This document shows positions 1-9,398 of a stretch of DNA of 64,000 bases, piece by piece. Made by a program: the position numbers and the translations under genes. The stretch is from NCBI GenBank assembly GCA_965222715.1, contig OZ244961.1, positions 548,637-612,636 of the forward strand, in the 5' to 3' direction. Source of the DNA: Minisyncoccota bacterium (lineage in GTDB: Bacteria > Patescibacteriota > Minisyncoccia > Phycocordibacterales > JABMNX01). Each line of letters starts with the position of its first letter. The stretch's first letter is position 1. A model generated the notes under the pieces. That model saw only the letters and a list, made by a program, of their open reading frames with translations. It did no database searches and was not told where the DNA came from.

Positions 1-625
1 TTTCTGCTCGTGCGTCTTCATCCTCCTCGTGTTTATCATGCCCATAGGCATACGCCATACCTAATTCTTCTATTTTTCGTGCATCGAACCCCTCTTTACC
101 AATGCCCCACAAAGTTTTTGCAACATGGAGTCCAATATCTCCCTGGTAATTTGCTCGCCTTACTTCAGCACCAGAAAATTCAAGTACTCGTGTGAGCGCC
201 TCACCAATTGTGTTACTCATGAGATGTCCAATATGAAAAGGTTTGAACGGGTTTGGGTCGGTATACTCAACCATCACTCTCTGGCCTGAGAGAATGGTGT
301 TTCTACCCCACTGCTCTTTAGCTTCTAGTGCACCTGCGAGACTCTCTCTAAAAAACTCACGAGAAAGATAGAAGTTTATAAACCCAGGTCCAGCAATCTC
401 GACTCGCTCAAGCTCTTTTGGCAAATGTGAGGAAATATGTTCAGCAATATTCTGAGCAAGTTCTTGTGGTTTTTTCCCAACCTCTTTTGAAACTACAAGT
501 GCTACGTTACTTGAGAAATCTCCATGAGAAAGTTCCGTCGGATGCTCAAGTACAATATCCTTCTCCGGGATATTAAGAGAAGTGAGTGCGTCTTTTATGC
601 TTTTTCGTAAAATACTCTCTACCAT
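1..625 (-). CDS. argS: Arginyl-tRNA synthetase, N-terminal part (runs off window start)
   Basis: Manual translation from ATG at 625: MVESILRK...LEHPTELSHGDFSSNVAL...PGFINF...VMVEYTDPNPFKPFHIGHLMSNTIGEAL (ArgRS N-domain plus HIGH motif). Confidence 0.95.
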   Translation of the reverse strand, partial: MVESILRKSIKDALTSLNIPEKDIVLEHPTELSHGDFSSNVALVVSKEVGKKPQELAQNIAEHISSHLPKELERVEIAGPGFINFYLSREFFRESLAGALEAKEQWGRNTILSGQRVMVEYTDPNPFKPFHIGHLMSNTIGEALTRVLEFSGAEVRRANYQGDIGLHVAKTLWGIGKEGFDARKIEELGMAYAYGHDKHEEDEDARAE

Positions 626-654
626 GAATTATGTGTGTACCTCATCAGTATACC

Positions 655-1722
655 TTATCGAATCTCAGAGATAAGGTTCCCTGCGCGACCAGATACTACT
701 TCTACACCAACACGTCCAAGGAGTGCGCCACGCTCAGTTTCAACTGAACAGCGCCACTCCCCTAGGTCAACTGTCTTTGTACTATATCCACGATATCCAG
801 ATACTCGCCCACCAGTGATAGGAAACCTAAATCGCCCTCGCTCTTCCCACTCTTCAGTTACGTCACTGTATTCTTCCCACACATGAAAAATTGGAGTGCG
901 TAAATCAGTTGGTGCAAAGACCGCACTAAAACAATGTGCTGCACTCGTAGTTCCAAGAAAAATACGGGTATCTGATTTCTCCCATGGCTTATACCACACT
1001 GGTTTTTGATACGTCAGACGATACTCTTCACCAGTGCGCTCGACCCCATGGAAAATACCAATATCACGAACTGAGAGCGGCACCGGTGGAATTAAGTTTG
1101 CATAAAACAAGAAACTGAAGATGATTAATGTGCCTGCAATACTTTTCTTTAGCACACTCATGTGTTCAGCAACAACAGTTTTCCCTACCAGCTTGAGAAG
1201 CTGGATAAAGAGATAGATGACCACAAGACTACCAAATGCACTTACTAAAAATGTCCACGATTCAACTGAACGCGTAAGTACCGGAACAATTAAAATAAGG
1301 TATGCAAGTACTAACAAATAGTAAACCGTGGTATTGAAACGAATTTGTGTGTGACGTGTGTTAAAGATCTCATTACCGATCATCAACCCTATAAAAAGGA
1401 GAAGGAAAGGCCAGTTGCCCGCAAGTGTTGCGCTACCGACATATAGGACCAGTAATCCGCCAGTGAGGTTACCGAAGGCAAACTGTGTCATCAACACCAA
1501 CCACAGTAGTCGTTTCTTCCCTTTCTCTTCACGACGGGTCATCACGATAATACAGAACCCTGCTATAAAGAGGTATGAAAGAAGTACTAAGTTTCCATAA
1601 AGCTGATCAGGACGCCCAAGCGTGAGAGTATCCCATACCAAACCTGTTACCAGTGCAAACGCTGGTAAATGTTGCTTATGTTTTTTAATAAATTTGATCA
1701 CGTTAGTTTTTAGTATAAACAA
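655..1722 (-). CDS. DUF2914-like multi-pass membrane protein
   Basis: About 7 TM helices followed by a C-terminal domain with SAVFAPT..L...IFHVW and ITGGR..GYRGYS.K....GEWRCSVET motifs. Confidence 0.75.
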   Translation of the reverse strand: MFILKTNVIKFIKKHKQHLPAFALVTGLVWDTLTLGRPDQLYGNLVLLSYLFIAGFCIIVMTRREEKGKKRLLWLVLMTQFAFGNLTGGLLVLYVGSATLAGNWPFLLLFIGLMIGNEIFNTRHTQIRFNTTVYYLLVLAYLILIVPVLTRSVESWTFLVSAFGSLVVIYLFIQLLKLVGKTVVAEHMSVLKKSIAGTLIIFSFLFYANLIPPVPLSVRDIGIFHGVERTGEEYRLTYQKPVWYKPWEKSDTRIFLGTTSAAHCFSAVFAPTDLRTPIFHVWEEYSDVTEEWEERGRFRFPITGGRVSGYRGYSTKTVDLGEWRCSVETERGALLGRVGVEVVSGRAGNLISEIR

Positions 1723-1815
1723 ATAACGACTTTACTACTATTTCTTGACTTAGGGTTTTTAAAAACGTACCCTTACCTCAGAATTTGAACTTCTAGCAAA
1801 TGAAAGGAGTGGGTG

Positions 1816-2694
1816 ATGGAATATCTCCCTCTTACAGAACGAACTCTCGACACACAATATAAGGATCGACTTCGGTTTATCCTTAAAAACGGGGTTAGGG
1901 CAAACAAAACACCCCAGGGTTTTGCTGCCCTAACCTGTTTTGGAACTGTTCCTCCAATGATCTACGATCTCAGAAACGGCTTCCCTGTTATCACGGAACG
2001 GAAAATGGGATTTTGGCGAAAGCCAATTGCCGAGATCATTGCCTTCATGAATGGCGCCCGAACCGTTGATGAAATCGCTGAATACGGCTGTGATTTCTGG
2101 GAAGAATACCGAGGTAGAGGTGTTGAGCTCGGACTTGAGCCCAATGATCTTGGCCCCGGTTCTTACGGCCCTGCATTTCATGATTTCGAGGTACCCGAAG
2201 GCGGAACCTTGAATCAGTTTGAGCAGGTCGTTGATCAGATCCGTAACTACCCGGAGATGCGAACACACCTCGTCACTCCATGGAAGCCGTACTACACGGC
2301 ACGAGGAGAAAGACGCAAAGTTCAAGTCGCTCCATGTCACGGATGGCTGCATTTCCGGTTCGTTGATGGAAAACTTCACATGAAGATGAATCAGCGCTCT
2401 GGCGACTTCCCAATTGGGGTTCCTTCAAACACCGTTCAGTACGCTGCACTTCTCTTGATGGTTTGCCAGGTGACCAATCTTGAACCAGGTCTCTTCATCC
2501 ACAATGTGGATGATGCGCACATCTATGAGAACCAGATTCCTGCTGTCAGAAAGCTACTCAGAAGGAAGAGCCGTCCGTATCCAAGCCTCGCGATGAACAG
2601 AGGAGTCAACAATCTTTTCAAGTTTAAGGTTGAAGACTTCCACCTGAGAGAATACACTTCAGGTGCAGGATTAAAGATCCCCTTTGCCGCCTAA
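1816..2694 (+). CDS. thyA: Thymidylate synthase
   Basis: Catalytic APCH, QRSGDFPIGVPSN and DAHIYENQ motifs; SD AGGAG upstream. Confidence 0.95.
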   Translation: MEYLPLTERTLDTQYKDRLRFILKNGVRANKTPQGFAALTCFGTVPPMIYDLRNGFPVITERKMGFWRKPIAEIIAFMNGARTVDEIAEYGCDFWEEYRGRGVELGLEPNDLGPGSYGPAFHDFEVPEGGTLNQFEQVVDQIRNYPEMRTHLVTPWKPYYTARGERRKVQVAPCHGWLHFRFVDGKLHMKMNQRSGDFPIGVPSNTVQYAALLLMVCQVTNLEPGLFIHNVDDAHIYENQIPAVRKLLRRKSRPYPSLAMNRGVNNLFKFKVEDFHLREYTSGAGLKIPFAA

Positions 2695-2700
2695 AAACCT

Positions 2701-2730
2701 CGCCCCAGCGTCTTTCGCTGGGGCGGTTTT
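2701..2730 (+). terminator. Intrinsic terminator after thyA
   Basis: cgccccagcg-tcttt-cgctggggcg followed by T-rich tract. Confidence 0.7.
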
Positions 2731-2764
2731 ATCTTTCAAGCAAATACGCTATTGTGATAATGCT

Positions 2765-3226
2765 ATGAATAATAAACCGACCGTTGATTTGCATAATGCA
2801 GAAATTGTTAAAAGAGGTAACTATGGGGACGTCATAAAACAAATTATTGCCGATGGCGGATGTCCTTTTTGTGAAGGAAACCTAAAGAAATACCACCCAA
2901 AAGATATTTTAATCACCGGAGAACACTGGTTGGTTACTGAGAATGCGTGGCCATATAAAGGAGTAAAATCTCACTTCCTTTTTATTAGTAGAGCTCATGT
3001 TGAAAAAATAGAAGATGTGAACTCAGATTCGTGGCAAGAATTTCATATACTTTGGTCAAGAATAATAAAAAAATACAAAATAACTGGTGCTTCTCTCTTA
3101 ATGCGCTCTGGAAATACTGATCAAACTGGTGCCTCGGTGAATCACCTACACGCACAAGTTGTTGTAGGAGAAGAAAGAAAAAAAGATTCCGAGACTATAA
3201 CTGCTATCGTTGGTTTTAAAAAATAA
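2765..3226 (+). CDS. HIT-family nucleotide hydrolase
   Basis: CPFC, N-x-WPY, SVNHLHAQVV (HxHxQ variant of the HIT motif); likely start ATG 2765. Confidence 0.85.
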   Translation: MNNKPTVDLHNAEIVKRGNYGDVIKQIIADGGCPFCEGNLKKYHPKDILITGEHWLVTENAWPYKGVKSHFLFISRAHVEKIEDVNSDSWQEFHILWSRIIKKYKITGASLLMRSGNTDQTGASVNHLHAQVVVGEERKKDSETITAIVGFKK

Positions 3227-3241
3227 CCCCCCGTCCCAAAA

Positions 3242-4099
3242 CTAGGACGAGGGGATTTCCATTTCAACACGGATAATTTCGACACCCTTCTCTTTGAGGG
3301 TTTCTGCCCCCTCAACGAGTGAGTAACCCTCTACAAAGAAAAGTCGCCGAAGCCCGAGATGTCCACACATATTTGCACACGGCGGACATGGAAAAGTTGT
3401 GACGTACAGATCGCATCCTTTTGTGGACAGACCGTTTCGAGCGGCAGTGGCAGCAATGCCTATTTCCGCATGAAGAGCAGTCGAGAGTTCGATACACTGA
3501 CCAGGCTCGAAGTTGCTTCTCGGATCGCCATTAAGGTAGGGCGACTGCTCAGATGGTTGGTGTTTGTTAAATGCCACAAGAAGCACTTCCCCTTCTTTTG
3601 CCAACAAGGCACCAACCTGACGCCACCAGTCAGAACTTCGAGAAGATGCCTCATAGGCTTTCCCCATCAACATTCTGTCGATGTCTGAACATGAAACCAG
3701 GCCATCTTCTTTGGGTCTTTTGCTGTTAAGCGTACTGGCTTTGTCCCACCGTAACTTCCAGGACCCGTCAAAAAGAACACTGTTCGCAGAGAAGTAACGT
3801 TCTGCAATTGCTTGCGAAACATCTTCATCCGGCATAACGATCGAGAGCCCTTCCAGTTCGCCAATATTCTCGCGACTAAGGATGCGAACGTCGGAGAATA
3901 TATTGAGTGCCGTGATCATCTTCTGAAGATCTTGGGGGGTATTTCCAGGAAGGTTTCGAATCAGCGATGGGAATTCCTGAATGATATCCTCTCCAAAGAT
4001 GTAGAGTAACCCTCCAGCATACTTTGAAAAGAATTTCACATACCCCTGATGGGGTGTTGAGACGTACCCAACAACAACGTGTTCATCAGCTCCCATCAC
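3242..4099 (-). CDS. dCMP deaminase-family protein with extra N-terminal domain
   Basis: C-terminal HAE and FPCPPC zinc motifs, RQVGA; N-terminal about 130 aa with degenerate HxGY motif. Confidence 0.85.
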   Translation of the reverse strand: MMGADEHVVVGYVSTPHQGYVKFFSKYAGGLLYIFGEDIIQEFPSLIRNLPGNTPQDLQKMITALNIFSDVRILSRENIGELEGLSIVMPDEDVSQAIAERYFSANSVLFDGSWKLRWDKASTLNSKRPKEDGLVSCSDIDRMLMGKAYEASSRSSDWWRQVGALLAKEGEVLLVAFNKHQPSEQSPYLNGDPRSNFEPGQCIELSTALHAEIGIAATAARNGLSTKGCDLYVTTFPCPPCANMCGHLGLRRLFFVEGYSLVEGAETLKEKGVEIIRVEMEIPSS

Positions 4100-4769
4100 G
4101 AGTCTCCTCGATTACTTTTTGAATGGCGTCAGAGACACCTTCAAGAGTTTCAAGCGCTTTCGAGACTTCAGGCGAAATTTTCTCGAGAACGTCCAGTCCG
4201 CCCTGCATAGTGAGTGTACGAACTCGAGCTGTTGTACTTGTCTCCGCCTGAGGAGGAAGGTTGACGATATGCTCACAAAAGCGTTTCATCTTGCTCGAAT
4301 CCGGCAGGTCTGAAGTAGACTCTGAGATGATTCGTACCTCATGAGGAATGAGGCAAAACAGTTGATCTGACTCATACTGAGGTACGATCACATCAACCGC
4401 TCGAAGGTGTCCGAGAACTCGAGCTCGTTCATCTTCCGGAACGACAGGACGACCATCACCTTTCCGCCGCCTGGTTAATTCGTCTGAATCGAACCCAACA
4501 ACGCAAATGACATGTTCGGCATCTGGGTAGAGTTCAGCTGTTTTGTTTTTCCCCAGCTGGATGTATTCAGCGTGACCGATGTGGAATAAATCCCAAACAC
4601 CAGTCACAAATGCGATGATACATCCGCTTGAGCGGAGATGATTGATAAGCAAGACAGCTTCTTCGTGATCGGGGAAATACCGATCTTCAAAAGTTGCTGT
4701 TCCTTTCATAATCCGCAAAGCTCGTGACTGTAGTCGATCAAGTTGCGGGGGTTGGTATCCTTCTTCCAT
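4086..4769 (-). CDS. Cytidylyltransferase-like (TagD/RfaE-II family) protein
   Basis: GVWDLFHIGHAEY, VGFDSD...RKG.GRPVVPEDERA and terminal STT motifs. Confidence 0.85.
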   Translation of the reverse strand: MEEGYQPPQLDRLQSRALRIMKGTATFEDRYFPDHEEAVLLINHLRSSGCIIAFVTGVWDLFHIGHAEYIQLGKNKTAELYPDAEHVICVVGFDSDELTRRRKGDGRPVVPEDERARVLGHLRAVDVIVPQYESDQLFCLIPHEVRIISESTSDLPDSSKMKRFCEHIVNLPPQAETSTTARVRTLTMQGGLDVLEKISPEVSKALETLEGVSDAIQKVIEETRDGS

Positions 4770-4901
4770 GACATAACTCCTTTCTCATGGATCTGTTTAT
4801 CTGATGGAACGATACCATAAAATAAAAAAGTGTAGTATTGACATACAGAGTTCTTGAGGTACGCTTCACTGGGAACAGAGAAACAGTATAAGGAGAGCGC
4901 C

Positions 4902-5456
4902 ATGCTCACCGTTTCTATCGTTGTAGCAATGACCCCGGATGGAGTTATCGGGGTCAATAATGAACTTCCTTGGCACCTTCCGGGCGATCTTTGGCGGTTT
5001 CGTGAAATTACTAAAGGAAAAGCGGTACTTATGGGTTGGAAAACTTTCCGCTCAATCCTTGACCAACGTGGTGAACCGTTGAAGAACGGTCGCACAAATC
5101 TTGTCCTCACCCAAGGTCACGCAAGCGAAGTCGACCAAGTGGGTGGATTGCCGATTGGTAATGTCCACGGATTACAAGAACACCTCAAACATAACCAGTA
5201 TATTGGTGGACTGTGTGTCATTGGTGGTGCAAACGTGTACCACCAAATGCTTCCGTATACTCATCACATCTACCGAACAGTTGTTAGCGCTAACCTCCAG
5301 GGGGATACATTATTCCCTGAAACAGATTGGGAAAATGACTGGCGCATAATTCACAAGTCACGAATGTGTATTCAGAACGTGCGCGACGAGTACCCGACTC
5401 AATTCCTCACATACGAACGTCTTCGAATACATGACACAAAACCCCTACTCGACTAG
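4902..5456 (+). CDS. folA: Dihydrofolate reductase
   Basis: IG.NNELPWHLPGDL, MGWKTF.SI, R.NLVLT, IGGA.VY, GDTLFP; SD AAGGAG and TTGACA-like promoter at 4838. Confidence 0.95.
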   Translation: MLTVSIVVAMTPDGVIGVNNELPWHLPGDLWRFREITKGKAVLMGWKTFRSILDQRGEPLKNGRTNLVLTQGHASEVDQVGGLPIGNVHGLQEHLKHNQYIGGLCVIGGANVYHQMLPYTHHIYRTVVSANLQGDTLFPETDWENDWRIIHKSRMCIQNVRDEYPTQFLTYERLRIHDTKPLLD

Positions 5457-5498
5457 TGGAGTAGGGGTTTTTACTTTGTTAATAAAAAATAAACAGTA

Positions 5499-5611
5499 TT
5501 ACTTCACGTCAATTCCTTACAGGAACAGTACACCTTGTCGATATTTCTTTTCAAGTATTCAAGAAATATCAGGCAAGGTCGATCGACGTTACACTACTTC
5601 ACGTCGATCCC
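5499..5611 (-). repeat. Duplicated rplK 3' end flanking an inverted copy and a hairpin
   Basis: GGAATTGACGTGAAGTAA (5499-5516, minus) recodes GIDVK* of rplK; inverted copy gatcgacgt at 5581-5589; hairpin 5532-5579. Confidence 0.8.
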
Positions 5612-6019
5612 CATTGAGCGAGCGGTGCCTTCGATAATTTTTGCAGCCTGTTCAACGTCATCAGTGTTAAGGTCTTTCATTTTCTCTTCAGCAACTTCAC
5701 GCACTTGTGCTTTGGTAAGCGTACCAGCTTTGCTCACAATATTTTTTCCTGAACCCTTATCTTTTCCTAACTTCTTAAGAAGGAGCCGAGATGCTGGTGG
5801 AGTCTTTAAAATAAAATCAAAGGTGCGATCTTCATAGACAGTCATTTCAACAGGAATAATGTCATTCCCCATCTCGCGGGTCTGCTCATTAAACTGATTT
5901 ACGAATTCACCAATGTTAATACCTACTGGACCAAGCGCAGTACCAACAGGAGGCGCGGGTGATGCTTTCCCTGCTACAATCTGAAGCTTTAATTTTCGCA
6001 TTACTTTCTTTGCTGCCAT
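5594..6019 (-). CDS. rplK: 50S ribosomal protein L11
   Basis: KLQIVAGKASPAPPVGTALG...GTARSMGI. Confidence 0.98.
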   Translation of the reverse strand: MAAKKVMRKLKLQIVAGKASPAPPVGTALGPVGINIGEFVNQFNEQTREMGNDIIPVEMTVYEDRTFDFILKTPPASRLLLKKLGKDKGSGKNIVSKAGTLTKAQVREVAEEKMKDLNTDDVEQAAKIIEGTARSMGIDVK

Positions 6020-6038
6020 ATTAGTTGGTTTATTCTAC

Positions 6039-6584
6039 TTATATTTTCTTAACCTGCAAGAAGTCGAGCTCAACTGGTGTCTCGCGACCAAACATTGGTA
6101 CGAGCACCTTCACCTTGCCGCGATCTTCATCAACCTCCCCAATCTTCCCTTCAAGCTCCTTAAATGGCCCATCAACAATGGTAACCACATCATCAATACC
6201 GAGGTCGATTTTGTGCTTCACGGTATCTGAGTGCATTCGTGAGAAGAGTTCATCAATTTCTTTCTTAGTAAGTGGTACTGGCTTTGTGCCTGAGCCAACG
6301 AACCCAGTTACTCGTGGTGTGTTTCGAACCACATACCATGAGTCATCGGTCACCACCATATCAACGAGTACATACCCAGGGTAAATCTTTTCCTCTTCTT
6401 CAACACGCTTCCCTGCTTTAATCTTCACTTTCTTCTCAGTTGGAACGACCACATCAAAAATACGATCTTCCATGCCAAGCGACTCAATACGTTGTTTTAG
6501 GTTACGGGCAACTGCATTCTCATATCCTGCGTAGGTATGAATCGCGTACCAGTGACGCTGTGCGTTTCCTTCTTGCTTACTCAT
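6039..6584 (-). CDS. nusG: Transcription antitermination factor NusG
   Basis: WYAIHTYAGYE, PGYVLV, VRNTPRVTGFVG, KOW domain, FGRETPVELDF. Confidence 0.98.
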   Translation of the reverse strand: MSKQEGNAQRHWYAIHTYAGYENAVARNLKQRIESLGMEDRIFDVVVPTEKKVKIKAGKRVEEEEKIYPGYVLVDMVVTDDSWYVVRNTPRVTGFVGSGTKPVPLTKKEIDELFSRMHSDTVKHKIDLGIDDVVTIVDGPFKELEGKIGEVDEDRGKVKVLVPMFGRETPVELDFLQVKKI

Positions 6585-6588
6585 AGGC

Positions 6589-6771
6589 TTAAATGAAAAA
6601 TCTATTTAGTATGCTGGTAAAAATAAAATCAAACAGTCCAAGTAGTCCTGCAATAACAAGTGAGATGACAATCACTAAAATTGTGAAAATAGTTGCTTGT
6701 TTAGTAGTCGGCCATGAGACGTGCTTGAACTCGCCACGGGTGTCTCGTAAGTATTGGATAAATCGTTTCAT
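6589..6771 (-). CDS. secE: Preprotein translocase SecE
   Basis: EFKHVSWPT plus a single TM helix, directly upstream of nusG. Confidence 0.92.
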   Translation of the reverse strand: MKRFIQYLRDTRGEFKHVSWPTTKQATIFTILVIVISLVIAGLLGLFDFIFTSILNRFFI

Positions 6772-6952
6772 ACCTTTTAAATAATGCTTCCCTAATTAAC
6801 CGTAAAATCGCCCTATTTAAAAACCCCCGACGGGGGTCTCTGGTATAGGAATGATAGCACAGCTACACAGAAAGTCAAAGTCACATTATAGAGAAAAGAT
6901 GAAGGGCGCCAGCGGTAGTCTGCTGGCGCCCTTGTTTCGAGTACGTCGATGT

Positions 6953-7495
6953 TTACCGACGAATCCCGAACTGCGGTGCACGGATTTTGCCAACCGGCAG
7001 AAAACTGTCCGGGATCGGCGGCACATTCCCTGTCGCGACCGTGGTCGGAACCTTCCTCTTGGCCTTTGGCTGTTGGGAGCGATCGTCACCGTTTTTCTTC
7101 GACGACCTCTGACGGTTCGTCGTGTGCGTCGGTGCTTGGGAGAGCGGGCGACCAGTCTTGTTCTGACACCGCTTCCCTTTCACGGGTTCGCTTGTGCAGC
7201 GACCTTTCACCGAAACGGTCGGGGGATTGCCGCCCGTGTTCTTGTAGCGGAAAAGTGCGTTTCTTTCCTCGTCGGTTAACTCCGTATCACGAAGCTTGAT
7301 CAGCGACTCAGGGGTGAGACCGCAGATCTTGAAGAGAAAGATGAACGCTGCTTTCCGCTGGCGCACCCCCTTCGGGAGCTTCAGCTTATGCCGCGCGGCA
7401 AACGCGCGGCAGTCGGCGATTTTCGCATCCTTGAGCGGTGTTTGCCAGAAATTCTCGTCCGAAACGAGAGCTTGAAGTGCTTCGAATCCGGGCAT
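6953..7495 (-). CDS. Hypothetical basic protein (orphan, GC-rich)
   Basis: ATG 7495 with SD GAGGAGG; TTGACA/TAAAAT promoter at 7562-7589; hairpin terminator at about 6902-6933. Confidence 0.6.
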   Translation of the reverse strand: MPGFEALQALVSDENFWQTPLKDAKIADCRAFAARHKLKLPKGVRQRKAAFIFLFKICGLTPESLIKLRDTELTDEERNALFRYKNTGGNPPTVSVKGRCTSEPVKGKRCQNKTGRPLSQAPTHTTNRQRSSKKNGDDRSQQPKAKRKVPTTVATGNVPPIPDSFLPVGKIRAPQFGIRR

Positions 7496-7681
7496 TGAAC
7501 CCTCCTCATATATCTGTTTCAAGAGTCAGCCCATATAATACGGACCGGCTTTCTAATTAATATTTTAACATATTTTATACTATTGTCAAGTTATCTACTA
7601 TCCCCTAGTAAAGGTGTTAAGCAACACAAAACGCCACAGGTACCTGTAGCGTTTTGTGTTGTATTGATTTTACAAGATTCC

Positions 7682-8491
7682 CTAGCGAATTTCGTAGACA
7701 ATGTTTACCTGTGAGGTAATACGATTTTCACCAACAGGAAGGTCTGGAGTAATTTTTACATCACCTGCTCCACCAAAACCAAATTCTGCTGTCTCATATC
7801 GAGGGTATGAAGTCGGTGAACCATATTCATTGAAATTCACCACACGCACCAATCGCACACCAAGGTCAGAAGCAAGCGCTTCCGCTTTTTCTTTTGCATC
7901 AGCAAGTGCTTCTCGGCGAGCTTCACGCACAAGATCATCTTCATCATCAATCGTAAATCGTAGACTGCTGATATTTTCAACACCAAATGAACCAACTCCA
8001 GAGAGAAGTTCTCCTGCTTGCTCAGTGTCACGTACCTTTACCTGAAAGGTTTGATTTAACTCAAAACCAACAAGTTGTCGCTCACCTTGGGGACACGGGA
8101 AGGTAATACAACGAATCTCTGTGTATTCATATCGCGGATAGAGATTGTAGCTAGTTGTTTTAATATCTTTTTCTTCAACACCATTTTCTTTAAGGTATTG
8201 AAGTGCTTCATTTGCGACCTCTGCTGCGTTAGCCTGCACTAATTCTGCAGTTTCTCCCTCTTCAATTACTGAAAATGAGAAGAGTGCTGTATCAGGAACC
8301 GCAAAGACTTCACCTTCTCCTTGCACAGAGATAGTGTTTGTGGGTGCAATACCACTACCGATGTACCGCCACTCGCGTACTTCGGTCACAATGAGTGTAA
8401 TGAGAAAAATTGAAAGAAGACCAAGGACTCCTTTAACCGCGCCGCTTGATTTCCAATCTGATCCATGATGATGGTGTGCTGATTGATCCAT
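7682..8491 (-). CDS. SIMPL (DUF541) domain protein
   Basis: TISVQGEGEVFAVPDTA, AR.EALADAKEKAEALA..LGV motifs. Confidence 0.9.
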   Translation of the reverse strand: MDQSAHHHHGSDWKSSGAVKGVLGLLSIFLITLIVTEVREWRYIGSGIAPTNTISVQGEGEVFAVPDTALFSFSVIEEGETAELVQANAAEVANEALQYLKENGVEEKDIKTTSYNLYPRYEYTEIRCITFPCPQGERQLVGFELNQTFQVKVRDTEQAGELLSGVGSFGVENISSLRFTIDDEDDLVREARREALADAKEKAEALASDLGVRLVRVVNFNEYGSPTSYPRYETAEFGFGGAGDVKITPDLPVGENRITSQVNIVYEIR

Positions 8492-8600
8492 ATCTACTAT
8501 AGTTAGTACTTTTAATAACGTGTGATTATTGTACAGGGAGTGTTTTAAAAAGTCACGAATCAGTTTCCCCTACTCACTGTTTTGATATATAGTGATCCTC

Positions 8601-9362
8601 ATGGAAATTATTACATACACCCTAGTGAGTGTTTTTGTCGTCAGCCTCATCTCCTTGATTGGGGTTTTTACCATATCAATCAACAAAGAAGTATTGAAAA
8701 AATCAGTCTTTTTTTTAGTGAGCCTTGCAGTTGGGGCACTCTTTGGTGACGCAATTATTCACCTTATTCCAGAATCACTTGAACTCTTTGAGAATGAGAC
8801 ACACGCAGCATTCTATATTATTGTCGGTATTTTTACCTTTTTCATACTTGAAAAATTCTTTCACTGGCACCACCACCACGGACACAATGAAGCACACAAA
8901 GAGTGTGCGATTAACCCCGTTGGTCGTGTTGTCCTCTTTTCAGATGGACTCCATAACTTTCTTGACGGTGCGATTATTGCAGCTGGGTACATGGTAAGTA
9001 TTGAAGTAGGTATTGCAACAACGCTTGCAGTTATGCTCCATGAAATTCCACAAGAAATTGGAGACTTCGGCGTACTTATTCACGCGGGCTATACTCGCGC
9101 TCGTGCACTCGTGGTTAATTTTCTCTCAGCACTTGTTGCGATTGTTGGTGCGGTCACTGCACTCTTCCTTGGAGAATTACTTGAAGGTGTTACACCAGCG
9201 CTTATCGCAATCGCCGCAGGATCATTTCTCTACATTGCTGGATCTGACTTGGTACCTGAATTAAAGAAAACGGTGAGTATTAAAAAATCATTCATTCAGT
9301 TCATTGCTATTGTTATTGGTATTTCAGTGATGTTTCTCCTCACTCTTTTTGAACAACACTAG
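8601..9362 (+). CDS. ZIP-family zinc/divalent metal transporter
   Basis: His-rich loop HWHHHHGH, DGLHNFLDG, HEIPQEIGDF. Confidence 0.92.
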   Translation: MEIITYTLVSVFVVSLISLIGVFTISINKEVLKKSVFFLVSLAVGALFGDAIIHLIPESLELFENETHAAFYIIVGIFTFFILEKFFHWHHHHGHNEAHKECAINPVGRVVLFSDGLHNFLDGAIIAAGYMVSIEVGIATTLAVMLHEIPQEIGDFGVLIHAGYTRARALVVNFLSALVAIVGAVTALFLGELLEGVTPALIAIAAGSFLYIAGSDLVPELKKTVSIKKSFIQFIAIVIGISVMFLLTLFEQH

Positions 9363-9398
9363 AGAAAACTCACAATAATGTTGCTACAATAAGTAGCA

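Noticed and set aside
6851-7299. Plus-strand ORFs overlapping 6953-7495, and the many other short antisense ORFs in the track
   Set aside because: Shadows of real genes on the opposite strand or in another frame, with no motifs or expression signals.
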